A stretch of DNA of 63,690 bases, filler included, from Craspedostauros australis (GCA_030167865.1; 24 parts of 24 records of this genome joined end to end with filler, not necessarily neighbours in it), one strand, 5' to 3'. Shown: positions 23,687 to 37,300, numbered from the whole stretch's first letter. Notes: generated from the sequence alone by a model not told the origin. Program-made: numbers and translations.

Positions 23687-24995
23687 CCAAACCACCGAGG
23701 TCCTCAGCATCGCCATAGCCGATGGTCAGTGCTTCTACCCCGCTCAGGACGGCGCATGGGGCGAACCACCTGACGAATACCGCGCAACCATGTGGAAGCC
23801 ATCCATATGCCACTTCTTCAAGGTGAGGAAGAACCGGATCCCAATCATCCTCGCACGCGCAAGGAAGGCACGAATGGTCCGGAAACAAAGCGACACCCTC
23901 GCCNNCAACCTCGCACGAGAGAAGNAAGCACTCGCGAACGAGCCTTTTCCCCCTACCGATGAGGATGACATGGTCGACGGAATACCATCCCTCGAAGACA
24001 CCCGTCCCAGTCTCGAAGAGGGAGAAACGCCAGAAGGAAGGTTCCTGGACGAGATCCCTGACGGATACTTCGACGAAAAGATGACTGCAGAAGAAGCCAG
24101 CCATCTGGAATCTGAATCAGAGGTGTGCCGCGATGGAGACCAAGAATCACAGGACCCAGGAAGTGTGATCGACGTGGAAGCAGAGATCGCAAGTGGAGCG
24201 GTGATCAGCCACCCCAGACCTCCCGTCAGGCGATCCTCACGACCATCACCGGCGTCCAAAATCTTGACAGCCACGCGAGATGGACAAGGGTACACCGACA
24301 AGGTACGCCCAAAGCCCATGATCCCAGCCGACCATTCCGTGGACAGCGCATCCGTCCCAGAGCCCGGCGACAGCGACGATTCTGGGTCCATCTACCGACC
24401 AGAAGGCAAGTCGACCAAACGAAGCCAAGCGTCGCGACGACCCAGCTCTGGAGCCAGCAGCAAGCAAAACAACCGTCCCAAAAGAGAGGGGCTTTTCGAC
24501 GAATCCGAGGACTCCACCATTTCCTCGGGAACGTCGGGAATCAAGATGATCAAGCAGGTCAGGTCCGCCAAGAAATCCACAAGTGGGACCATCAACACGG
24601 AAAGGGCCCCCACCACGACCATGGAAGAACCTACCGAGACGGCAGAACCAGTGCCTCCCACAACCCAGGATGAGCAACCAGAGGTCCCTACACCACGGGA
24701 GGAACCAACCGATGATGACGTGCCGGTAGCAACCGCGTACCCGGCACCCGTGAATTACAATGAGTATGCGAACGCCAATACCCGCCAACTCCGTGCCTCG
24801 AAGCACCCCCTACCATCGACCCCCGACACTCCGGAGATCAGCAATGCCAACAAGAGAGCCCGAACGGAGGTCCGACCAGCGATAGCATACCCGTCACCCC
24901 GACGCCTTCGATCCGGATACATCATGTCCAGCAACCATGGACCAGCGATGATGCAACCATCCATCTTCCAGATGCCTCCCGACCCCACAGCTCAG
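23687..24995 (+). CDS. Partial low-complexity (S/E/P/T-rich) ORF of unknown function
   Basis: About 400-codon frame open to the contig end; no recognisable domain. Confidence 0.4.
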
Positions 24996-25095
24996 NNNNN
25001 NNNNNNNNNNNNNNNNNNNNNNNNNNNNNNNNNNNNNNNTTAATTAATTAANNNNNNNNNNNNNNNNNNNNNNNNNNNNNNNNNNNNNNNNNNNN

Positions 25096-26247
25096 AGAAG
25101 AGGATAGGCTGAACCAGGGGCCAGAACATGGCCCAAGGTAGGAACTTGGTGAGCACATCTGCCACATTCTGAGTTCCTTTGATCTTGATGAAGAAGAGGA
25201 CTCCTGATGCCACAGCCGAACGCACGCGATGGTATGCGAGGGCATTGTGACGCTTGGATAGCATGCTCATCGGGATTGTGGACGATGTGATGACCGATTG
25301 ATTGTCACCAAACATCCAGCTTGGACCGTCGAGAGGGATGCCCATCTCTCGAAGTGCAAGACGAAGGGAGATGATCTGCTCGGTGGCTTGACGAGCCGCC
25401 ACGAACTCTGATCCGTAGGTGGCTGTCTCAACGGTTGCTTGCCTCTTGCTGAACCATTCAATGGGTGTCTGGTTCATCAGATGCAGCACTCCAGTGGCGG
25501 ATCTGCCAGTCACTTTGCAGTGGAGCAAGTTGGCGTCGACGAAGGACGTCATTCGCACAGGCTTGCCCTTGGGCGACGGAACCTCATGGGGAAGCTCCTC
25601 TGCTGTGTTACCATACACAGAGTAGAGCCAGTCATGCTTGGGGACTTCGAAGTGGTCTTCATGCTGTGGGATTCCGGTACGGAAGCGGATGGAGCCGTCT
25701 GGATGCTTCCGAAGGTAGCCGTAGATACGCTTGGCCCGTTCGAGGTGGCCTTGACGAGGAGATGCTCTGAATCGAGCCAGGGTCATCACAGCGACGGAGA
25801 TATCGAATCTTCCAAGCGAGATGCACCACTGAAGGGCACCGATCAAGGACATGAACTTCCTCTTGTCCAATTCGGAGAGCTCTGGTGAAGTATCCAACTC
25901 TGGACTGTCGGATTTGTCCAGAGGACAGCTTGCCTTCTTTGGGAGTGCTCCAAACATGCGTTCGAAGTTCATCAACATCCTTTTGATGTAGGAATGTGGA
26001 CTCATCTTCAGAGTGCCATCTGGATCTCGACCAAAGTCAGCTCCCAGATGATATTCGATGGGACCGACGCCTTTCAGCTTGTAGCCGTACTTGGATGTCA
26101 ATGCGTCAAAGAAGGAATGGGGATCCTTCATGACTGCCATCAAGTCGTCCACATAGACGCAGATGTACTCCCAGTGGGAGCCAGCATCATGCATCCAGAC
26201 GTCAGGGTCAGAACGACATTGGGTGAAACCCATGTCTCTGAGAGTGT
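25096..26247 (-). mobile_element. pol: Ty1/copia reverse transcriptase to RNase H (partial)
   Basis: 'YICVYVDDLM', 'FVDAN...TGRSATG', 'ETATYGSEFVAAR', 'FGDNQSV', 'NVADVLTK'. Confidence 0.95.
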
Positions 26248-26521
26248 NNNNNNNNNNNNNNNNNNNNNNNNNNNNNNNNNNNNNNNNNNNNTTAATTAAT
26301 TAANNNNNNNNNNNNNNNNNNNNNNNNNNNNNNNNNNNNNNNNNNNNGAAAGAGCAAGAGCAAATCCCGCGCAACAACGCGACGACAGAGGATTATCAAA
26401 GTCATGTCACGCCAAGATGACGATAAGTATTAGTGTTCTGATTCGTCATTCGGTGACGTCCACATCGTTCCCCGTTGATGGTTTTGTGGAATGTGCCCAT
26501 CGTGGCTGGGCTGTTGTGAAA

Positions 26522-26696
26522 CAAAACGTGCCCTATTTAGGGCATCTTTTCAAAACGTGCCCTATTTAGGGCATCTTTTCAAAACGTGCCTTATATAGGG
26601 CATCTTTTCAAAACGTGCCTTAAATAGGGCATCTTTTCAAAACGTGCCCTAAATAGGGCATCTTTTCAAAACGTGCCCTATTTTAGGGCATCTTTT
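26522..26696. repeat. Six tandem ~29-bp units, each with a palindromic core TGCCCTA-TT-TAGGGCA
   Basis: CAAAACGTGCCCTATTTAGGGCATCTTTT and variants, directly visible. Confidence 0.95.
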
Positions 26697-27082
26697 TTTC
26701 ACTGCAGGCTAGAGACAATTCAATCACGGATTGATATAACCAAAAATGCCAAGTACGACATTCCAACCAGGACTAAGAATTTCGCATTCACGACTAATAT
26801 GGTCCGTTAACCAAATCATGATGCTGTTCGTTAGTCCGATAGTCCGTTTTACCGGAAGCCCCAGACAAACATATGTGTTGCGCTTTTGACTACTGTCGGT
26901 GCGGAAGAGTCGTTTTGCTTCGGTGATTTTTTCAGTCTGTTCAGGTGATCGTCGTGTTCGACATCACAGCNCTGTTGTGTCACAGAATGCGATTACTGGC
27001 GACTCGACTTGCACTCTCGACAGGAACGGAACAGGAACAACAAAATTCCGTCTGCTTTGTCTGGTCAACCAGGGCCACAGGT

Positions 27083-27183
27083 GATCACCATCATCATCAT
27101 CATCATCATCACCATCATCATCACCATCATCACCATCATCAATCATAATAATAATAATACTAAACATGATAATAATAATAATA
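27083..27183 (+). repeat. (CAT/CAC)n followed by (AAT)n microsatellite
   Basis: Directly visible. Confidence 0.9.
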
Positions 27184-27917
27184 GCAACAGCAATGTGGCC
27201 TCCACTGGCCATGTCAATTGTGAGGATGAATGTGGCTTAGAGATCTGCTGTCACTGAGGATTTGCATGTGTCTCTGGTTTCTCTACTCTGCACCACATCC
27301 GAGGCGCAGCGGATGAATTGGCTCATGAACAAAGCGAGAGATTTTTCTCCTCGAGCGCTTGTGTTCTGAAATGGCGCGAAGTGCGATGGCTATTGCGCAG
27401 TCGTTTTGTGTTGCTCACTGCTGCAACATGATCGTTTCTTTTTCGACCGCGTCACTCTACTACTGGCTGTCAGATGCATACGAACACTTTTGTATTCGTC
27501 AATCCGTGTTTTGATGGTTTGGGACCCCGTAGGATCCCTGCGGACGTGTCTGTGGAGGTGGTGCTTCACGTCGTTGTTGTGGTGGTGGTTCCGAACTCTT
27601 GTGTCCAGCAACCAGCACTTCATGCATCACTGTTCCCATACGCACCAATGCGATACCCCTTGCAATTCTGTTGCGCAACTGCTGGTTCTCAATGACTGTT
27701 TCCCCGAAACCATGGGGCTTCGCTTTGCTTCATGCGCAACACCAGGGGCATCCGTTCACCTCCGACCTGCCTTGATTTTGCCCCTCCTGTTGCCACAGTG
27801 ACACCCACCTCCTCCATNNNNNNNNNNNNNNNNNNNNNNNNNNNNNNNNNNNNNNNNNNNNTTAATTAATTAANNNNNNNNNNNNNNNNNNNNNNNNNNN
27901 NNNNNNNNNNNNNNNNN

Positions 27918-29244
27918 GACGAGGTCCAACAGGCTGAGGCTGATGGCAACTATTCTGGCACTATATCAATCCATTGCAAAAGGATCCCACACGGTATACC
28001 AAGGCTCTTCGAAGGCAATCCTCCAACAAATTCGAGTCCGGTACAACCAGCGGAGCTACGAGGTATCCTTTGCATGAAGGCCACCGCAGATACCCCAAGG
28101 CAACACTTGATACGCACCAACATGAAGCAAAGAGAGCACATCCCCAGGAAGTGCGTCGCCAAACGAGGAACCTGCGTCGTTTGTGCGAATGTGACTACCT
28201 GGGTGTGCGCTGGATGCCACATGTTCGTGTGCGCACAGTCGAATGAGGAAAAGAGGGCATGGATGGAGACACAGGGGGTATCACCTACCCTGGCACTTTG
28301 CAATTTCCCTGTGAAGAGTGTGGCAGCAGTGGTCGAGAACACATGTCATCATCTTCTCCACAGCAACCCAACATTATGGTGTTCTGAAACCAACCTGAAC
28401 TACACGCAGCGCAATACCAACGAGGAGGTCCGGCAGAAGAAGGCAGATGCCCGGGCAAAGCGCGCTACCGCAAGGATCGCCCAACAAGCAGCAAGGCTTG
28501 CTACGGAAATGGCTGCAACCGCAGAAGCTGATGCCGAAGATGCATTGCTTGCCCAGGCCTCTGCTGTTCCTGCATATGGATTGAACACGACTGGTGCAAA
28601 CATGTCAGATTCTACCGATGGACCAGATGGAGGCAGGGGTGCCATGGCGCCAGATGCAACCATGCAGATCATGGGGAGGGGAGATCAGGACGTCAACAAG
28701 GCAGGGGCAAGGAGAGAGCCCCCCTCTGCGGCCTCCACGCAGAATGCGCATGCGCTGGGCAGTGACTGCCGCAGAAGTGCAACAACCATGGCACAGCAAA
28801 CGGACAATGAGATACCACCATCAATGACAAACATGTTGGTGCAACATACATCGGTCAGAGATAGAAACAGACGGAATGTACTGGAAGGAGACACCGATTG
28901 CCAGTCAGTATCGACCAATTCAGCAGCCGGAGATGTACATGTTGGAGCAACTGTGGTGCAACGATCTGGTTCAAGAATTCGGAAGAGACGAAGAGGAGAA
29001 CGAAGGATCATCCCAGCAACTCTGGGTCAGACAACATGCAATGCCTCTTCTTCGCCATTGTCTGTTAGCATCGATCCTCGCTTTGGAAACGGCAACGGCC
29101 ATCCTGCCACAGCGGAAGGAACTTCAGGAGGAGGACGAACCGAGTATGGAGCATGTGACGAAGATGTGATTTTCGTGGATATGAGAAGGGAAGCCCCTGC
29201 CTCCATCCATGTTGCTGCCAAGAATTCGACACCAAGTCCAAGCA
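27918..29244 (+). mobile_element. Repeated Cys-rich ORF (CxxC...W-x-CxxCH...C), 5'-partial; probable TE gene
   Basis: Frame open from the contig start; 'CVVCANVTTWVCAGCHMFVC' resembles piggyBac-type C-terminal Cys-rich domains. Confidence 0.5.
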
Positions 29245-29344
29245 NNNNNNNNNNNNNNNNNNNNNNNNNNNNNNNNNNNNNNNNNNNNTTAATTAATTAA
29301 NNNNNNNNNNNNNNNNNNNNNNNNNNNNNNNNNNNNNNNNNNNN

Positions 29345-31053
29345 GACGAGGTCCAACAGGCTGAGGCTGATGGCAACTATTCTGGCACTATATCAATCCA
29401 TTGCAAAAGGATCCCACACGGTATACCAAGGCTCTTCGAAGGCAATCCTCCAACAAATTCGAGTCCGGTACAACCAGCGGAGCTACGAGGTATCCTTTGC
29501 ATGAAGGCCACCGCAGATACCCCAAGGCAACACTTGATACGCACCAACATGAAGCAAAGAGAGCACATCCCCAGGAAGTGCGTCGCCAAACGAGGAACCT
29601 GCGTCGTTTGTGCGAATGTGACTACCTGGGTGTGCGCTGGATGCCACATGTTCGTGTGCGCACAGTCGAATGAGGAAAAGAGGGCATGGATGGAGACACA
29701 GGGGGTATCACCTACCCTGGCACTTTGCAATTTCCCTGTGAAGAGTGTGGCAGCAGTGGTCGAGAACACATGTCATCATCTTCTCCACAGCAACCCAACA
29801 TTATGGTGTTCTGAAACCAACCTGAACTACACGCAGCGCAATACCAACGAGGAGGTCCGGCAGAAGAAGGCAGATGCCCGGGCAAAGCGCGCTACCGCAA
29901 GGATCGCCCAACAAGCAGCAAGGCTTGCTACGGAAATGGCTGCAACCGCAGAAGCTGATGCCGAAGATGCATTGCTTGCCCAGGCCTCTGCTGTTCCTGC
30001 ATATAGATTGAACACGACTGGTGCAAACATGTCAGATTCTATCGATGGACCAGAGGGAGGCAGGGGTGCCATGGCGCCAGATGCAACCATTCGGATCATG
30101 GAGAGGGGAGATCCGGACGTCAACAAGGCAGGGGCAAGGAGAGAGCCCCCCTCTGCGGCCTCCACGCAGAATGCGCATGCGCTGGGCAGTGACTGCCGCA
30201 GAAGTGCAACAACCATGGCACAGCAAACGGACAATGAGATACCACCATCAATGACAAACATGTTGGTGCAACATACGTCGGTCAGAGATAGAAACAGACG
30301 GAATGTACTGGAAGGAGACACCGATTGCCAGTCAGTATCGACCAATTCAGCAAGTGGAGATGTACATATTGGAGCAACTGTGGTGCAACGATCTGGTTCA
30401 AGAATTCGGAAGAGACGAAGAGGAGAACGAAGGATCATCCCAGCAACTCTGGGTCAGACAACATGCAATGCGTCTTCTTCGCCATTGTCTGTTAGCATCG
30501 ATCCTCGCTTTGGAAACGGCAACGGTCATCCTGCCACAGCGGAAGGAACTTCAGGAGGAGGACGAACCGAGTATGAAGCATGTGACGAAGATGTGATTTT
30601 CGCGGATACGAGAAGGGGAGCCCCTGCGTCCATCCATGTGGCTGCTGAGAATTCGACACCAAGTCCAAGCAGAGGTGCCAATGCAAGAGATGGAAGTCCG
30701 AACAGACTATCACACACAATGAAGAGGGAACTCGCGGCAGCCAGGCAGCGTACGAGGAAACGNNNNNNNNNNNNNNNNNNNNNNNNNNNNNNNNNNNNNN
30801 NNNNNNNNNNNNNNNNNNNNNNNNNNNNNNNNNNNNNNNNNNNNNNNNNNNNNNNNNNNNNNNNNNNNNNNNNNNNNNNNNNNNNNNNNNNNNNNNNNNN
30901 NNNNNNNNNNNNCACCAGAATCCGGTGCCGGGATTGTGAAGGAGACAGTGCCGAAAAACTGATGCATGATGAGAAGCACGACAAGCATGTTGGTGGACGC
31001 AGGTACCAGACATCGAAATAGCAAGGTAGAATATGATTACCCCAGATCCCATG
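29345..31053 (+). mobile_element. Near-identical second copy or allele of 27918-29244
   Basis: Starts at the same base as the previous contig; few substitutions. Confidence 0.6.
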
Positions 31054-31154
31054 ANNNNNNNNNNNNNNNNNNNNNNNNNNNNNNNNNNNNNNNNNNNNTT
31101 AATTAATTAANNNNNNNNNNNNNNNNNNNNNNNNNNNNNNNNNNNNNNNNNNNN

Positions 31155-31236
31155 CAAGTGCGTATGAGAGAATAGCGGGTGAACGATGCACATATACACG
31201 TACATCTTGATATATACTCACATGTACATCTCGACA
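31155..31236 (+). mobile_element. Arm D terminus (contig starts inside the module)
   Basis: Matches 18966-19047; ends TCTCGACA. Confidence 0.85.
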
Positions 31237-32780
31237 TGTGTGAACGTTGTGAGATGTGCGATTATTGAAGTTGGAGGTGTTGAGAGAGAAGCCGGAAATG
31301 ACTGCAAGTGTGAAATGCTAGGGTGTTAGGGTTTTGTGATCCACCTTGCTCAATCTAATCTTTGAGTGTGAAGGTAACAATGACCATCATGGAGTTGCTG
31401 GCTGCATGTGATGTGGATGTGGTGTGTCATGCGTGCCATGGGGCATGTGTGAATGTTGTGAGATGTGCGAGTATTGCAGTTGGTGTTGTTGTGAGTTGGG
31501 CCGGAAGCATCTGCAAAATTTGAGATTGTGTGATCCATCATGGTCCATCTTTCGAGTGCGAAACTGAACATTGTGGAGTTGCCGGCCACATGTGATACGG
31601 ATGTGGTGTATTGTACATTGTATGTTGTATGTGCTATAGCTATGGAGCGTGTGCATACAATAGACAATGTTGAATGTGTGATACATTGCATGAGATGGTG
31701 TTTGCAGAGAGACCGTAAATGACAGCATGTGTGAGAAATTGTGCTCCACCATGATCTGCCTTTGAGTGTGAAGGTAACAACGAGTATCATGGAGTTGCCA
31801 ACCGCATGTGATACGGATGTGGTGTATTGTGCGTGCCATGGGGCGTGTGTGAGCAATGTTGCATGTGCGATTATTGCAGTTGATTGTGTTGTGAGAGTGG
31901 CTGGAAGCATTGTATCTGCAAGCATGTGATTTTGTGAGCCATCTTGGTTCATCTTTGAGTGTTACTGTTACAGTGACAACGAGCATCATGTCGTTGCCAA
32001 CTGCATGTGATATGGATGTGGTGTATTGTGTATTGTGTATTGTACGTGTCATGGGGCGTGTGTGAGCGTTGTGGGATGTGCGAGTATCGCAGCTGATGGT
32101 GTTGTGAGAGGGACCGGAAGTATCAGCAAAGTTTGAGAATTCATGCTCCACCATGATCCACATTTGAGCATGTCAACGAGCATCAAGGCGTTGCCAGCCA
32201 TAAGTGATACGGATGTGACGTATTGTGCTTGCTATGTAACATGTGTGGGCGTTGTGAGATGTGCGGGTATCGTTGTTGATGGTGTTGTGAGGGGGGACCG
32301 GAAGTATCAGCAAAGTTTGAGATTTTGTGATCCATCATGGTCCATCTTTGAGTCTTACAATGAGCATCTTGTAGTTGCCGACCGCATGTGATATGGATGT
32401 GGCATGTCATGCGTTCCATGTGACGTGTGCGAACGTTGTGGGATGTGTGAAATATTGTAGTTGATCATCTTGTGAGAGTGGCCGGAAGTATCAGCAAGTT
32501 TGAGGTTTTGCGATCCATCATGGTCCATCATGATCCATCGTTGAATGTGACAATGGGCATCATGTCGTTGCTGGCCAGATGTGATACAGATGTGGTGTAT
32601 TGTGCGTGCCATTGGGGCATGTGCGAGTGATGTTGGATGCGCAATTATTGCAGTTGATCGTCTTGTGAGAGTGGCTGGAAGTATCTGCAAGCATGTGATT
32701 TTGTGATCCATCATGGTCCATCATGATCCATCTTTGAGTGTGACAGTAACAATGAGCATCATGGAGTTGCTGACCACATG
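31237..32780. repeat. Degenerate ~190-bp satellite (about 8 units; resumes at about 35020-35820)
   Basis: Anchor GATCCATCATGGTCCATC and variants recur at about 183-212 bp spacing. Confidence 0.85.
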
Positions 32781-33054
32781 TGCCACGCTTCTGCCATGTC
32801 ATATGTGGTGTGGGACGCCTCCTGGCGTCGCTGGATGTGTGACTACTGCAATCAGAGGTGTTGAGAGAGAGAGAGAAGCTGGAAGTGACTGCAAGTGACT
32901 GCAAGTGGATGCTGTGTGGTGAGTGATGGCAGTTGCTGTGCATTCCATTTTGGGTGTGTGAGTTGTGTATGGCTAATGGAATTGTATTGATAGGGTGTCA
33001 GCCATTCCACAGTGTGTTCCAACTGTGTGTGGAGAGTGCGATAGGTGCCTCGAA

Positions 33055-33427
33055 TGTGTGTGTGTGTGTGAGTGTTAGTGTGAGTGTTAGTGTTAGTGTG
33101 AGTGTGAGTGTGAGTGTGAGTGTGAGTGTGAGTGTGAGTGTTAGTGTGAGTGTGAGTGTGAGTGTTAGTGTTAGTGTGAGTGTTAGTGTGAGTGTTAGTG
33201 TGAGTGTTAGTGTGAGTGTTAGTGTGAGTGTGTAGTGTGTAGTGTGTAGTGTGAGTGTGAGTGTTAGTGTGAGTGTGAGTGTGAGTGTGAGTATTAGTGT
33301 GAGTGTAAGTGTGAGTGTGAGTGTGAGTGTGAGTGTGAGTGTGAGTGTGAGTGTGAGTGTGAGTGTGAGTGTTAGTGTAAGTGTGAGTGTGAGTGTGAGT
33401 GTTAGTGTGAGTGTTAGTGTTAGTGTG
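33055..33427 (+). repeat. (GTGAGT/GTTAGT)n hexamer microsatellite
   Basis: Directly visible; produces spurious poly-SV and poly-TH ORFs. Confidence 0.97.
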
Positions 33428-33932
33428 ATGAATTTGTATCAAGGGTTAGGTTGGGCGATACTTTTAGGAGTTAGTTGCGCGGTTGGGGGTGGGGTTTAGG
33501 AATAGATATCTGCTAATTTTGGTTGTGCTGTGAGTGATGGTAAGGGTCAGGGTGTTATGAATTTGTATCAAGGGTTGCTGTGACGAATTTGTATCAAGGG
33601 TTAGGTTGGGCGATACTTTCAGGAGTTAGTTGCATGGTTGGGGGTGGGGCATAGGAATATATTTTGGCCTATATGTGTGGTATGGTGAGTGATGGTAAGG
33701 GTTAGGGTGTTAGGGTGTTCTGAATTTGTATCGTTAGGGTTAGTATGTGATGAATATGTATCAAGGGCTAGGGTTTTAATGGGTGATGAATCTGTAGCAA
33801 GGGTTAATGGGTGATGAATTTGTATCAAGGGTTGGGTGAGCAATACTTGCAGCAGTTAGTTGGGTGGTTGGGGGTGGGGTATAGGAATAGATATTGGCCA
33901 ACGTGCGTTGTGCCTGTTAGGGTTAGGGTTTA
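33428..33932 (+). repeat. Complex repeat with telomere-like TTAGGG motifs
   Basis: Recurrent GAATTTGTATCAAGGGTT(AGG) units; TTAGGGTTAGGGTT near 33917. Confidence 0.75.
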
Positions 33933-34292
33933 TAAAAGCCGGAACCTGTGAAAGTCAAGGTTGATATTTTTGGCTTTTTGGTTGTTGGTGGTTTGGAGCG
34001 GGCTCTTGGGCATGTTTATTGACGCTCGCTTTTGTCAACGGGTGGATATTGAGCGAGCTGTGTGGTGTTGAAGTTTGTCATTATTTTGGGTTGATTAGGG
34101 GTATTTTGGGAGGTGTGGGACATGGACATTGGGTGGTACATTTGGGAGTTGCGGTAAATGGACATTAGGTGTACATTAACGTCCGTACGTCGTCCGTAGT
34201 GTATTGGAGTGTGGTTAATCGGTCTGCCCTTCGTCCGTTTGGGTGTGTGTGTGTGTGTGTGTACAGTGATTGGTCTCTCCATCGTTCGTTGT

Positions 34293-34359
34293 GTGTAGTG
34301 TGTAGTGTGTAGTGTGTAGTGTGTAGTGTGTAGTGTGTAGTGTGTAGTGTGTAGTGTGT
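34293..34359 (+). repeat. (GTGTAGT)n 7-bp microsatellite
   Basis: Directly visible. Confidence 0.9.
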
Positions 34360-37300
34360 ACCATTGCTGCTCATGTGTGTCTTGGGTGTGGTAACGTCCT
34401 TGTATTGTGGGTTATGGTGCATTGGCATGTTGTGTGATCGAGTTTTGGCTTTGTGGGCATTGTTCGGGCGCTTGTGTGTGCGTGTTTTTGCTGCCAGTGT
34501 GTTGGGGGCTATTAGCAACATTCTTTCTGGGGTTGTTGTGCATTGGGGTGTAGTGAGCTGTGTCTTGATGTATGATTGGTGCTGTCAAGTGTTAGGGTGA
34601 TGCTTTTGTGTCCTGGATTATTGTGCTTTGGCCTGCAGTGAGCAGTGATTTAGTGTATGATGGGTCCTGGAAATTGCTTTGGTTTTGTGCATTTTGTTAT
34701 CGTGCATGGGCATGTAGTGAGCAGTTGGTGACATGTTGTGCCATGGCCTTGTCTCTGTGCATGCCTTGTGTGTCCTGTGTGCCTTTGCTACTCGTGTATT
34801 GAGGGTTAGGGGTTATTAGTGATGCTGTATCTTGGGTTTTCGTGCATTTCCTCGTTGTGAGCAGTGTGTGAGCAGTATGTGAGCACTGTATGGGCAGTTT
34901 ATGGGCAGTGTATGGGCACTGTATTGTGATTTGGCCATTCAAGTTTGTAGGGAACCATGTGATCAGTGTTTGTGTACTGTGTGCACTGTCTGTGTGTGCG
35001 TGTTGGCCAGTGAGTGAGGGGCTGGAAGTGACTGCAAGTGACTGCAAGTGTGAAATATTGTGATCCAACATGGTCCATCTTTGAGCCTGATAATGAACAT
35101 CATGAAGTTGCCAGCTGCATGTGATATGGTTGCAGAGTATCGCGCATGCCATGGGTCATGTGTAAACGTTGTGAGATGTATGATTATTGAAGTTGGAGGT
35201 GTTGAGAGAGAAGCTGCAAATGGGTGCAAGTGTGAAATGCTAGGGTGTTAGGGTGTTAGGGTGTTAGGGTGTTAGGTTTTTGTGATCCACCTTGCTCAAT
35301 CTAATCTTTTGAGTGTGAAGGTAACAACAATGACCATCATGGAGTTGCTGGCTGCATGTGATGTGGATGCGGCGTGTCATGCATGCCATGGGGCATGTGT
35401 GAATGTTGTGAGATGTGCGAGTATTGCAGCTGGTGTTGTTGTGAGTTGGGCTGGAAGTGGCTGCATGTGTGAGATATTGTGATCCATCATCCATCATGAT
35501 CCATCATGATCCATCATGATCCACATTTGAGTGTAACAATGAACACCATGGGCTTGTTGGCCACATGTGATATGGATGTGGCATGTCATGTGTGCCATTG
35601 GGTGTGTGTATGCGATGTTGAAAGTGCGAGCATCACAGTTGGTGGTGTGGTGAGAGTGGCCGGAAGTATCAGCAAGCATGTGAGTTGTGATCCATCATGG
35701 TCCATCATGATCCATCATGGTCCATCTTTTGAGTATGAAACTGAACATTGTGGAGTTGCTGGCCAGATGTGGTATGCATGTGGTATATTGTGCGTGCCAT
35801 GGGGCGTGTGTATGTGACGTCGGGTTAGGGTTTAACAAAACTGGAAGTAGCCCCCTATAGTGGTATATCTAGATTCCATCACTGTAGACTGATCTGTGTG
35901 GAAACCGTGTTGAAGCATGATTATTGCACTCCTGTGCAACTCGTTTGGTGGTAGGTACACTGTTTCGGGTGATATCGTTGGTTCATTGTGTGTTGACTGT
36001 TGCATCGTGGTTTCACATGTTGTTGTGTGTTGTGGCTGGTTGTACTGTGTGGCAGTGTGTGTGTGTGTGTGAGCATGTGGATGTGTGAGTATCACAGTTG
36101 ATGGTGTTGACTTCCCCCTCCTCCCCCACANNNNNNNNNNNNNNNNNNNNNNNNNNNNNNNNNNNNNNNNNNNNTTAATTAATTAANNNNNNNNNNNNNN
36201 NNNNNNNNNNNNNNNNNNNNNNNNNNNNNNGCAACCTGCATCTCTCCCCTTGCTGAGCTGATGGCACGACGCGGAAAGATACTGGTGGCGGCAGTGTTGT
36301 TTCCTTTGTTGTGTGTCAGTGGTTGTCGGTTGATTTTGACCTTTCCTGTTGTGGCAGCCATCATTGTGCAAATGGCAACACGATTTGGGCTGGAAGAAGG
36401 TACCAAATGACCACATTTTTTCCAATTCCATGGTTCCGTTTGCATGATCTGGCGTCAGAGCACGTTTTGGTNCTTCTGATCCTGGTGGTGGGACAGACGT
36501 TGAATTNGTCATTTTGAGGGATCGAGCAGANACAAACNACACGAGAATGGGCTCTACTGTCAAACCATTCTGCTGAGAATCGGACAACCAGTGTTGGTGC
36601 AGATCAGCCAAAGAGTGTTTCGTATCTGGTTTTGCAGGAGAAGCAAAGTCAAGGGCGGACTGCTACTTGCCGTGACAGCTTTTTTGGCTGCTGCGGTCAC
36701 ATCGGATGATCCGTTCAACATTTTGCATCTGGTGATCTGTGGGAGGGTGCGTTGAGTGTGACAGTTTTTCTCGACTGTTGCCATCCTTGCCTTCGACATG
36801 GAATACAGTCTATTCCAGCATTATCACATGGGCTGGNCCATCCATCCACCAACTTTTCCATGCACCCNTGGAAGTANTCAACNTGGCATGCNCTGCCAAC
36901 GTATTGCAATGTTGGTGCTGAGCNTGGTATACTCTGGGAAAAGATCCGTCCACAGACACACCTCACATCAATTCTGCTCTCCCATACATGTACAGACCCA
37001 TCATACTTCTACCAGGCTGGGTCCATGCTTTTCACAGCATCCCATGTGAGCTTGCACGATACACGAATAGATGGCATTGTCCACCCCTCCCTCCATCCAA
37101 CCATCCAACCATCAGCAGGCAAGCAGGTGGCCACAAGAGACAACATGACCATCATGACAACTGCATCCAAAACCTCCAGCCACCAACATCCTTGGAGCAT
37201 GCACAGACATCAGAACAGTGGAGGTTGCTGGAGAAGAACCAATAGGATTGAGTAGCAGCAGTAGCAGCATCATCTCATCTACTCCTGTTGTGAAGAGCAC

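Noticed and set aside
26522..26696. CRISPR array
   Set aside because: Palindromic 29-mers are head-to-tail with no spacers; no cas genes; eukaryotic context
32852..33499. His/Thr-rich and Ser/Val-rich proteins
   Set aside because: Translations of a hexamer microsatellite
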